From a virus (Duplodnaviria > Caudoviricetes), in the IMG/VR virus record IMGVR_UViG_3300021387_001066, positions 12,373 to 76,372 of that record: a stretch of DNA of 64,000 nt; one strand, 5' to 3'. Made by a program: the position numbers and the translations under genes. Numbering within the stretch: the stretch's first letter is position 1; the number at the start of each line of letters is the position of its first letter. Below are positions 38,601 through 46,185 of the stretch, piece after piece. The notes beneath the pieces were generated by a model. The model was not told the origin of the DNA. It ran no database searches and saw only the letters and a list, made by a program, of their open reading frames with translations.

Positions 38601-40885
38601 TTCATTACAGTATCATATACCTCAGTACCCTTAAGCTTAGATAGCATAAATACATCGTTGATAGCCTTACCCATCTGAGCTTTCCTATAGCTGAACTGGT
38701 CATTGCTTTCAGCAGCATTTTCCATCTGTGTCATCCAACTTGCAGTACCTGCAAGACCATCCCATTTAGCTCTGTTCTGTGGATCCTTCAGCCATTCAGT
38801 AAGAGTAGCTGCAGTATCATTGGCATCTGCCATTTCACTCCTTCTGTCAAAATAAGCATTCATTGCACCACTTCTCCAAGGAGTTACCCTTCTTGCATAG
38901 TCAAGCCAGCTTTCCTGCTCACCGTTACTGTTATACCCTCTGCCTAAGTTTCTAGGGTCAAGTAAACTGTTTCTTACAAGGTTGCCATTACTGTCTCTAT
39001 GATAGCCTCTACCTATGCCACCTACAGTACCCATTGTAGAACTTACTGCACCTAAAATAGCAGCCTGTATGGACTCTTTACTGGTTAATGAATTTCCAAG
39101 TGCTGTAAGGGCTGCTGCATAGTCAGAGCCAAAGCTATCTGTTACCTTTGCTGAACCATCACCTTCAAACTTATTCTTGATAAACTCATTGATATTATTC
39201 TCTGCAGCACTGACAAATACATCATTACTCAATCCCTGACCATATTCCTCAAGACCCTCACCAAGTGGCTCCTTAAGTACTTGAGTAATAGCACCAAGTG
39301 TACTTGACTTAGGTGTTACTACTCCTGAGGCATTTACACTGAATGCTGGATTCTTGTATGCCCACCCAAACATTCTGCTGTTTCTAAGTGTCTCCTGTAC
39401 TCTTGGAGCCATAATGCCAGCCTTTAATGTTTGATTGATAGCACCATTTATCAAGGAATTCACATAGAAGTTATGTATACCTGCCTTACTAGATGCCCAG
39501 TCAATCTGCCTTCTGGCTTCTAGATATTCATCTTGGTATTTATCCCAAGTATCTTTATAAACAGTGTCATAAGAAAAAGGCCTAGCTGATATTGTACCTT
39601 CATCAGTCTCAATAGTCATAAGAGGATTCAGATCATTATTGTTATAAAGTCTTTCTGCTTCTTTTTCTACTTTATCCTTATAATAGTTATCTAAATCTTC
39701 TACAGCTTTTCTTTCTACTTCAATCTTAGTATTCAGACCTTCCATTGCCCCTTCCATAGTACCTACAGCACCAGGTATTACAAACATATCTGTAACATTC
39801 TGTGCTCTCTTTATACCTCTAAGGGCTTTCTCTACACTTTCTACAGTCTTAAATACTTTCTCTGCGCTATGCAGTCTTGCTACTCCTTTAGTTAATGCTC
39901 CAAACAACTTACCAGCAATCTTGGCTTCGCCTGCACCTACCAGCATAGATAAAGCTGTAAAGCCTCCTGACTCTAAAGCTTGCCAAGGAGTAGCAGAAGA
40001 GAACAAAGCATCATCCTGTTCTTGTGTAGTAACGATGGCATTCTCTCCGATACCCTCAGGGTTGTATTTGGTTGCAGTTGCTTTAGTAGCAGCTATTCTT
40101 TCTGCAGCACTTTCATCAGAAATGCCTAATACATTCTCAAGGCCTTGCAGTACATTACTTGCCTTAGCATGAGTAAGGTCCCTTCCATATCTTGTAATGT
40201 CATTGTCTATAGCAGCATCCAACATGCCATCCCACCAACCAAGATCAGGACTTTGATTCTCAGGAGCATTACCTAAGGCATAGCTGATAGCACCATAGGC
40301 ATTACCAAAAGCCTGAATAGCTCCACCTTCAATAGTAGGGCCAATGCTTGCCAAGCCATTCCACGCCTGTTCCAGCCAGCTTTGGTTATTTCCTACAATA
40401 TCCTTGAATTGATTGTCCAACCAGATATTGGCGTTGTCTTCACCATAAGCTTCCTTCCTTGCATCATACATGCTGGCAAGCTCCTTATATTGCTGGTCAG
40501 AGATAGGCAGTTTGTCTGTATTCTTATATTTCTTATAGTAAGATGAGACTTCGTTGGCTATTCCATCAATATAGCTATTTGCATTGGTATTGGTAGAATT
40601 CCTCTCAGTACCATAATAGTCCTGCCTTTCATTTAAAACCTCTTGGTATCTGTCATCCAAATCTCTTTGATATCTGAGAGCATTGTTTAATATAAGTGCA
40701 GAAGTTGTATCAGCTTCTGATACATTTCTGTCTACTGTATTTAAACTGGGAATCTCCCTAACTACAAACTCATCTGGAGTAACTTCTTCTTCCTCCTTAT
40801 AACCCATTTGTTGGTCTATAGCTCTCTGTTCTTCCTTTGACCTGTCTGAGGCTTTCAGACCTCTTAATGTTCTTAAATCTGGCAT
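32696..40885 (-). CDS. giant virion cargo/ejection protein with RecB-like PD-(D/E)xK nuclease and ART-like domains
   Basis: 2729 aa; N-terminal Gly/Ala-rich hydrophobic segments and coiled coils; AGTLDL...FDMKT...RQISMY; YRG/YFT/NEY domain. Confidence 0.8.
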   Translation of the reverse strand: MPDLRTLRGLKASDRSKEEQRAIDQQMGYKEEEEVTPDEFVVREIPSLNTVDRNVSEADTTSALILNNALRYQRDLDDRYQEVLNERQDYYGTERNSTNTNANSYIDGIANEVSSYYKKYKNTDKLPISDQQYKELASMYDARKEAYGEDNANIWLDNQFKDIVGNNQSWLEQAWNGLASIGPTIEGGAIQAFGNAYGAISYALGNAPENQSPDLGWWDGMLDAAIDNDITRYGRDLTHAKASNVLQGLENVLGISDESAAERIAATKATATKYNPEGIGENAIVTTQEQDDALFSSATPWQALESGGFTALSMLVGAGEAKIAGKLFGALTKGVARLHSAEKVFKTVESVEKALRGIKRAQNVTDMFVIPGAVGTMEGAMEGLNTKIEVERKAVEDLDNYYKDKVEKEAERLYNNNDLNPLMTIETDEGTISARPFSYDTVYKDTWDKYQDEYLEARRQIDWASSKAGIHNFYVNSLINGAINQTLKAGIMAPRVQETLRNSRMFGWAYKNPAFSVNASGVVTPKSSTLGAITQVLKEPLGEGLEEYGQGLSNDVFVSAAENNINEFIKNKFEGDGSAKVTDSFGSDYAAALTALGNSLTSKESIQAAILGAVSSTMGTVGGIGRGYHRDSNGNLVRNSLLDPRNLGRGYNSNGEQESWLDYARRVTPWRSGAMNAYFDRRSEMADANDTAATLTEWLKDPQNRAKWDGLAGTASWMTQMENAAESNDQFSYRKAQMGKAINDVFMLSKLKGTEVYDTVMKDLQRASSMTVDSQDAQNIIQQVKDTDDGYLGMSDEEIVEKIQSNANRMLGLMSTAETESKSLDRLLGRIDEDTKQSLIFGKVMEQDFHEREEQLRDKLDTVKSGIKSSRSSNGTSMNDGLKNLIIKHGSITKAIHEQSKLQEQKEKLEKKVSELEAIDSDKTSDKQKEELVTSKAELRNVNSKLEEFKDLYEKDENGKSTGKVDSSLVQLVLNEQDIMDLDPITRAIMFAQGAAKYYNATHQNRQKIDQLNVEVDELNRKIDKAEAQRAKWINPDGKVKKHHNKQVQDIDKQISELKNQKSTKLKELDRERGIQDTKPIYSSEQQAVIDNLIQQGTARDANFVDKVIDMGRLEKGIKDYHTQYQAILSDPRAFQNYVQRAKYNAETDLIKRRAERISRIDDFEQYSQELDRLTANASQGEVYMINNFLRSENERAKKRYQETNGTESPQTNYDRYVENNQKQLDLIRQFAKNPNLTENDQSLLINAMQYLASKGIDVSDREAAVSALIERDEQGVQGGMFRKWIEAKNSAMLPQQRTAMPVFTSIGQVVSQYVDLINGKTEDAVNKGNLNPQVTPATTDDTQDGSTANTSPTPSPFPSTAQGPSLFDMGYSSPDGGQIVDGDGTVATDAQVKSMQQRQQDEAPEEKTAIEQAFEKVTTSEIAKSLNVADDIINNSNVSDEAKELARQYFMEIPNGDETYSNIDEILTAIQEQINRLKGQSNTQAEQKNKYNDAAGVLQKLYNSLNTKKLRGRGRTMPAPSTRTYQQRLGWILSANIAYIQSKNPDAWAVKFTDEHRIDGWHEEHTIDVNEPVFFITDSDWTAEVTTQMGSTANGKQYNTQKHLPLVAAIKVETPQNPNNTTAIEVDGQWYQPIAIMPSSDANTNTSPGAFMTEEIRKRASQLQGRHLVTVDGMPNSSPLITKVHGANYLKAHHRDATTATNRNNVQDNNTEVLDLLVTDYVNVIYGLQEADRLRALSREEMLADPVYQEARNKFLDGLSYSDAQDGPMKDRILFTPENHRSGEKGNPMMVFRKDMDKTTGRTSGKLLPEVLESGTGEEVASFNSRTQRLYDEVIRPLFQFLPLKKEQNREAMLITRQDLEANPNIYQEEVERLTKMLNGFNKTDDTKGLRGINDFIYITDANWRIQVTAPQASQVAGDDAASSKTVYKVFFVNSNYNASDPDSASIAPIPLGEINAGQRDTDGAMELLRNIMWDSQTNSIRSFLVWQTPKSDVQNLLNPDTTKAGRARRNYADIVDDGILTIAGSSLIYDVDGVELQAPVAVNDQGYTRIVYPYDTVVNPSNAKPSAPQNVTPQGDGAVVTKDGAQVDPDSGAKLDDTKQPERKESDKLKRAKEITQKIISDSKQFTLSEDETYYYITDNTTGERTKYLRVTTVIGADKSLPELTEAEAKRRRVKQYIWTPSTQEIYDKLRGKHNLEDRTPEQLAAYKSIDQMSADLKVSTADIRRAVAELRTQHKQEKYGAWGTPSTSIGNTVDVITRDFLAGHIKDSYPNITKEALQAFVHELELFKNDLDSRGIHVVSEGIMAHGNITMTGADGTTHDVKVAGTLDLFGYDDDGNFYIFDMKTVRDHSTAKLTSEKAKWSRQISMYADLLKQSYGVEVDPKNLRIIPIEVDYPTPRGSRDNGLDPMGPEYSETANGQLQITSKGLYKENGKPVVMYRGYALTENREATSIQETIGHTAVDYDDSLKGALYFTSSKEEAQDYANARTDKSPEPPTQENPQGRPLNRHYTGDYAKVSQYHIAANAKVKHYKDIRDYIKNGKNSKADVIVLDKGTLQTDNNEYIVKNPNVIVQSNNLTSFTASNPKMKGTALKNQFQPGYTPFNIGWDNLSSEDQDIMTALTVEAPSGDSAAPQAAEIETSKRISPAFVDDGSIGLDDFKDFIPTPPLVVPNGQTAILPAWEKLSNAAKGYLQNEWGVSNMDQYNEMLSSPDDVLLLEEQMKCRGLL

Positions 40886-40896
40886 ACTCTATTATT

Positions 40897-42405
40897 TTAA
40901 TGCACTGCAATCAAATAACCTTTTTTCTTACTATCCTTCTCGTTAGGAACTTCTATAAGCTGAATGTCAAGATTCAATGCAGCATCACTGTTAGGGTCTA
41001 CACCCATCTTCTCAAGATAACTGCTTACTTGAGCATTGAAAGCTTCCAGTAATTCAGGATTCTGTGAAAGCAATCTTGTTACATCATCAGAAGACAACAC
41101 TCTCATATCAGGACTATCACTGCCTTCAGCAGAGAAGTTACCCCACTTACTCTCTACATTGGAAGAGGATTGGAATCCCCAACCATGTCCTGGTACATCA
41201 TCTCCAATAGCACCATATCTCCATTTACCCCTACTGTTTGTCAAGGCACCTATATAATCATAGTGATGTCTGTTATCGCCGAATGTAACATCAAATCCTT
41301 CATTATGTGCTAAATCAGCCTTCTTAAGCTTCATAAGCTCTGTACCCTTAGCCTTAGCACTGCTGGCTTCTGCCTTCTCTATAGGAGACTGAGATGAAGT
41401 CTTTCTTCTCCACTTACCATCAGGAGTCAGCTCATAGTTATCCATGTTGGTATAGCTAGGATTGTATCCTATAACATTACCATCTTCATCATAGTTATAC
41501 CTGAGTTGTCTTTCAATATCTAAGTCTTTCTTTTCTTCGTCCCATTTTTCTTTGGCAATATTGGTATTAACCCAAGCTCTCGCAGAAGCATCTTGTTCAG
41601 CTCTGCTCATAACTCCAAGATCTCTTGTAGGATTGATATCTTCCTTATACACAGCACCATCAATTATACCATTGATGACTCCCTGCCTTGCCCTTTCAAG
41701 ATTATTACCTGTCAAGTTGCTATAAGCTCCAGTCTCTCTTAGAATATCATCTGCTGCCTGTTGGAGTTCTGGAATAGCAGAAGCGTTTGCTCTGAAAGCA
41801 TTTATGCTGTCAGCACTATAACCATTCTTCTCTCCCCACATTCTATAGTATCCTCCAAGTGTACTTCCTAAATCTCCAAAGTTATATATCCTTGAAGATG
41901 CAGCCTTACCAGCATTCTGACCTCTTGTATATAAATCATTACCACTAATGCCATAGAGGTTTGGAGTGTTGTTATCAAGATACATATCAATGTCCAGATT
42001 ATCCAGAGCATAAAGCATTGTTGGGTCTTTGATACTCATCTGCCTTCTGAGATCAATCTCTTTATCCAATCTAGTCTGTGCTTCATCAAGTCTTCCAATC
42101 TCCCCAGAGTATCTTCTTCTAAGATTAGACAGAGCCCTTCTGTTATTCATTGAAAGCCCATTGGTTGCCAAGTCAGCAGCCTGTGCATTAAGTTCATTGG
42201 CATATCCTTCATAGAGTTGCCTTGCCTTACTTCCTTCTGGAAGATTCTCTGAAAGATACTTGAACTTATCTGCCTTTGACGTTAAGTCAGTATAAGTTTC
42301 ATCAGCCTGTTCATAAGCCTCCTTGTATGCATTGAAAGGCACAAGCATTTCCTGCATACTAAATGGACGGAATGAATTATTTATGACGTAGCTATAATTT
42401 GGCAT
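40897..42405 (-). CDS. virion cargo protein (conserved position in crAss-like phages)
   Basis: 502 aa, Cys-free, N-terminal FRPFSMQEMLVP; lies between cargo genes. Confidence 0.65.
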   Translation of the reverse strand: MPNYSYVINNSFRPFSMQEMLVPFNAYKEAYEQADETYTDLTSKADKFKYLSENLPEGSKARQLYEGYANELNAQAADLATNGLSMNNRRALSNLRRRYSGEIGRLDEAQTRLDKEIDLRRQMSIKDPTMLYALDNLDIDMYLDNNTPNLYGISGNDLYTRGQNAGKAASSRIYNFGDLGSTLGGYYRMWGEKNGYSADSINAFRANASAIPELQQAADDILRETGAYSNLTGNNLERARQGVINGIIDGAVYKEDINPTRDLGVMSRAEQDASARAWVNTNIAKEKWDEEKKDLDIERQLRYNYDEDGNVIGYNPSYTNMDNYELTPDGKWRRKTSSQSPIEKAEASSAKAKGTELMKLKKADLAHNEGFDVTFGDNRHHYDYIGALTNSRGKWRYGAIGDDVPGHGWGFQSSSNVESKWGNFSAEGSDSPDMRVLSSDDVTRLLSQNPELLEAFNAQVSSYLEKMGVDPNSDAALNLDIQLIEVPNEKDSKKKGYLIAVH

Positions 42406-42421
42406 TATCTACTCCTCCATA

Positions 42422-45400
42422 TTAAAATGTTAAACCTCTCTTCTTTTTCTTCAGCTTACCGCCTTTAGACGTTACATAACCTCTTCCAATATTCTGGTTT
42501 TTGGTTATTACACCAAATAAGCCATCAGCAGCCATGTCAGCTACAGTATTATGTTCAGCATTCTCCCTTCCTAAGTCACTAATTCCTTGGAAGAGATTAC
42601 CTATATTAGCATAGATACTACCGTACCAATCACTATCAGCATTCATCTTCTGAGATGCTATATTGGATGCAAGCTGTGCTCTATACTGCCTATCAGCATT
42701 TCTTGCCTGTGCATTGGCAAGAGCCACTTGATTATAGGCATTAGCATTCTGTATATTAGTACCTCTGTTGAAATCAGCAACTTGCTTTCTGAGGTTGTCA
42801 TTATACTCAAGGGCCTGCCTGTAGAGTTGCCCATTTGCTATCTGATTATTGTATGCACTAGCAAGAAGTCCAGCTGCCCTTGAAGCAGAATTATTATTGA
42901 GCAATGCTCTGTCAGTAGCTCTTGCATTGGCATTCAATCTATTTTGCTCAGCCCAAATATCCATAGGCCTGTATGCAATGTAGTCTCCAATAGGCTTGTA
43001 GTCTGCCATTGCAGCTCCAGTCCTATTATACCCTTCAAGAACAGAATTAAGGCTTGATGTATCAGGTCTTCCAAAGCCAGCGGCCTGTAATCCAAGACCT
43101 ACTGCAGGACCAAACAAACCTACATATCTTGGCCATTCTGCCCTATGAATAGGTCTGACATCTCCTACTACATGATTGGCAGCAGTACTACTAGGATCAG
43201 TAACATCACTTGAATTAGTTGCCACATTAATACCCCTCGCTTTTAATTCAGTATCATCTGGAAGTTCCCTCTCTGTTGCTGTAGTAGGCAATCCTTCAAT
43301 ACTTCTTGTCTGTACATCTGGTGAAGAGATGGCACTCAATCCATACAACTGATAACCATTATCCCCATAAGTCATGTTTAGATTGGCTGAATACCTAAGT
43401 CCTGCCCTCCTAGCCATTTCATCTATATCCCTATAATATTCAGGATCTGTGAAATATTCAGTAGAACCCCAATTTCTAAGAGATGTTTTTGGGCCCCACA
43501 GAGAATCAGGCTCAAAGTCATTTTCTACATTATCTGTTGTGTTGTGACCTGCAGGAATATTAATTGCATCTGCTATATTACTAAAGTACTTGTTGCCTCC
43601 TGCATTTCTGAAAGCAGTCTGTAACTTAAGTACAGCTTCTTTTCTTTTGGAAGGAGTCAAATTACTCTGATAAGCATCAGCATAAGCTTGTTGTATATCA
43701 TTTACTGTCTTAATGGCTTCATTTCTAATAGCATCTTTCTCTTTTAAGTTAGGAGCTGCTTCAACTCTCTTAGCTACATCCTCAAGATAATCCATCAATC
43801 CTTGTCTAACGTATACATGCCAATTAGATGCAGTGTCTCCAGTTTTCCACGTACCTGCATTTACCATCTGGCTTGTACCATCTTGAGTGCCATCAAACTT
43901 GTTGACAAGCTTACCTCCATTAGCAGCTACTACAGGCTCTTGTGTCATTTGCATATTAGCGTCTTGTGGAAGTACTTGCTCTTGAGGTACTTCTTCAGCA
44001 GGAACTTGCCCCATCATCTCTGGAGGTACTTGTTGATTCATAGCTTGCTGTTCAGCCATAGCATGTTCCTCAATAGCAGCTTCCTGTGTTGCTTGTTCCT
44101 GAGCTTGTGCTTCTTGCATTACTGCAACTTGCTCTTCAGGACTTAATGCTTCAAATGCCCTCCTTGCTTCTTCTGCCTGCATCTCAGCCTTCTGTCTTTC
44201 CTGCTGATTAGCAAGGTTTTCCATCTGTACTTTAAGTGCAGCCTTTGATATAGGATCATTAGGTCTTTCCAAAGATTCCTTCTCCAGTTTCTTTGCAAGG
44301 TCTGCATAGGTAATTGCTCTCTTCTTTGAAATGTGGAATGCTTGCTTAGTTTCATCATCAGCTTCTATTCTAGCAGAATATACATAGTCATTGTAGATAA
44401 CCTCACCTTCCTCAACAAGGTTTGGAATACCTTGATTATCAACACCTACTTGAATTCCATCGTTAGGATTTTCCTCATGTGTGCCGCCAGCCCCGATAGT
44501 TACTAAACCGTTGGTCCAATCAGTTCCATTTGTCTGATAGTCACCACCCAAGGCAAACATTTTACCTCCACCACATAGTACATTAAGTGGGCCACCTGCA
44601 GATTTCTTTCTTTCAGTATGTTTCTTTTCAGTAACTACAGGAACAAAAGTAATTTCCTTTCTAGCATTACCAGCTTCTTCCCAACCTTTTTTATTAGCAT
44701 ATTCCACAGGATGAGTAACTCCATTAAATTTAAATTCTGTAAGACCTTTTCTTGCAGCTTCTCTAAAAGCGTCATTAAAATTTCTCTCTACGGGAACCCA
44801 AATAGTATCATTGGTTACAGTAGTTTCATATTCTGGTAAATCCCAATTCTTTGTACCAGCACCACCACCAATACCTCTTCCACCACCATAGGTACCTCCC
44901 TTATGATAGCTATCATAAAGGTCTTTGATTTGCTCAATACCAGACTTAGTGTTTGTACCTACATATCTACTGAGAGGTCCACCTTGAGGGAAGAGCTTAT
45001 CAGTAGTATCTAAAAGACCACCATAAGCCTTGGACCATTTGCGAGCATTACGTGCAAAAGTGATCATTTTTCTTACTTCAGGTCTGCCTTCTGCCCAAAG
45101 TTCTGCTTCAGTCTTACCAGTTCTCTTCTTAAGAGCTGTAAGCCTGCCTGGGTGTTTAATCTCTATACCACCATCTGCAAATACGTTAGGTATAGATGCT
45201 ACACCATCAAGTTTATTTTTATTCTCTGACTGCTTCTGCTTAGTGAGCAGATAATCAGACATCAGAGAGTAGTTGGTTGCACCCATATTATCACTGCTTA
45301 AAGAGTCAAGTAAACCTCCATACGCTGCAAAGTTAGACATAACATTTGAATTCTGAATAGAATCTACATTATTTGCACCTAACATCAAGCCCTGTCCTTG

Positions 45401-46057
45401 ATAAGCAAGTGCTGCATTCTCTTGATTGATAAGCTTTTGGCCTTTCTTTCGTGCTTTATCTTTGGCAAACCAACCACCCTTATAAAGGTCTTTAGTACCA
45501 AAGTCAGAAGAAGAAGCCATATTACTTGAAGCATCTATAAGACTGCCAGTAGTTGTAGAAGAAGCAAGCTCATTGCCTGTAGTTCTTGCCAACCCCGTAT
45601 TGTTCTTAATACTAGCTATATTAGGTTTATTCTCCTTGATACCCCATCCAGCATTGATTAAACCACCAAGTAAACCAGAGCCTAAAGATACAGCAGCACC
45701 AATAGGACCCCCAATACCACTGCCTATGGTATTTCCAATACTAGAAACACCTTCTCCAATGCCACCAGTAGAATAGCCATTACTGATAAGACTTGTAGCA
45801 AATGGAGATATGGCAGTAGCTGCTGTAGATAATGTTCCACCTATATTGCCTTTACTGAATGGATTGTCTGCTTTTGAAATTCCAAACCAATTATTTCCAG
45901 TACTATTCATATAATCTTCAACAGTATACCCAGTATCTCCATACTTTGCACCATAGGCAGCAGATGCCAGTCTGTCCCATCTAGCAGCACTACCACCACC
46001 TGCAAATAAGTTCTTATTCCACTTGTTCACAGTATATAACTTGTCTTTCTTCTTCAT
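42422..46057 (-). CDS. virion cargo protein 1-like (modular; repeated xxGG motifs)
   Basis: GGTHEENPNDGI and VEEGEVI motifs; Gly-rich hydrophobic stretches; Q/A-rich linker; follows the muzzle gene. ATG at 46057 preferred because the promoter overlaps the upstream GTG. Confidence 0.7.
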   Translation of the reverse strand: MKKKDKLYTVNKWNKNLFAGGGSAARWDRLASAAYGAKYGDTGYTVEDYMNSTGNNWFGISKADNPFSKGNIGGTLSTAATAISPFATSLISNGYSTGGIGEGVSSIGNTIGSGIGGPIGAAVSLGSGLLGGLINAGWGIKENKPNIASIKNNTGLARTTGNELASSTTTGSLIDASSNMASSSDFGTKDLYKGGWFAKDKARKKGQKLINQENAALAYQGQGLMLGANNVDSIQNSNVMSNFAAYGGLLDSLSSDNMGATNYSLMSDYLLTKQKQSENKNKLDGVASIPNVFADGGIEIKHPGRLTALKKRTGKTEAELWAEGRPEVRKMITFARNARKWSKAYGGLLDTTDKLFPQGGPLSRYVGTNTKSGIEQIKDLYDSYHKGGTYGGGRGIGGGAGTKNWDLPEYETTVTNDTIWVPVERNFNDAFREAARKGLTEFKFNGVTHPVEYANKKGWEEAGNARKEITFVPVVTEKKHTERKKSAGGPLNVLCGGGKMFALGGDYQTNGTDWTNGLVTIGAGGTHEENPNDGIQVGVDNQGIPNLVEEGEVIYNDYVYSARIEADDETKQAFHISKKRAITYADLAKKLEKESLERPNDPISKAALKVQMENLANQQERQKAEMQAEEARRAFEALSPEEQVAVMQEAQAQEQATQEAAIEEHAMAEQQAMNQQVPPEMMGQVPAEEVPQEQVLPQDANMQMTQEPVVAANGGKLVNKFDGTQDGTSQMVNAGTWKTGDTASNWHVYVRQGLMDYLEDVAKRVEAAPNLKEKDAIRNEAIKTVNDIQQAYADAYQSNLTPSKRKEAVLKLQTAFRNAGGNKYFSNIADAINIPAGHNTTDNVENDFEPDSLWGPKTSLRNWGSTEYFTDPEYYRDIDEMARRAGLRYSANLNMTYGDNGYQLYGLSAISSPDVQTRSIEGLPTTATERELPDDTELKARGINVATNSSDVTDPSSTAANHVVGDVRPIHRAEWPRYVGLFGPAVGLGLQAAGFGRPDTSSLNSVLEGYNRTGAAMADYKPIGDYIAYRPMDIWAEQNRLNANARATDRALLNNNSASRAAGLLASAYNNQIANGQLYRQALEYNDNLRKQVADFNRGTNIQNANAYNQVALANAQARNADRQYRAQLASNIASQKMNADSDWYGSIYANIGNLFQGISDLGRENAEHNTVADMAADGLFGVITKNQNIGRGYVTSKGGKLKKKKRGLTF

Positions 46058-46074
46058 AAGAATATATTTATTCA

Positions 46075-46082
46075 CAAAAATA
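46075..46082 (-). promoter_or_regulatory. Bacteroidota -7 promoter element (TATTTTTG)
   Basis: CAAAAATA on the + strand, between the muzzle terminator and the cargo gene. Confidence 0.65.
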
Positions 46083-46123
46083 ACCTTTTAGGTTGTGCAG
46101 TACAATTTTCTTAGCTATATAAT

Positions 46124-46162
46124 AAAAAAAGGTAAGGAAACCACTAAGATTTCCCTACCTTA
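46124..46162 (-). terminator. Rho-independent terminator after the muzzle gene
   Basis: Minus strand reads AAGGTAGGGAAA...TTTCCTTACCTTTTTTT. Confidence 0.8.
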
Positions 46163-46185
46163 AATATATATGGAGTTTTGCAAGT

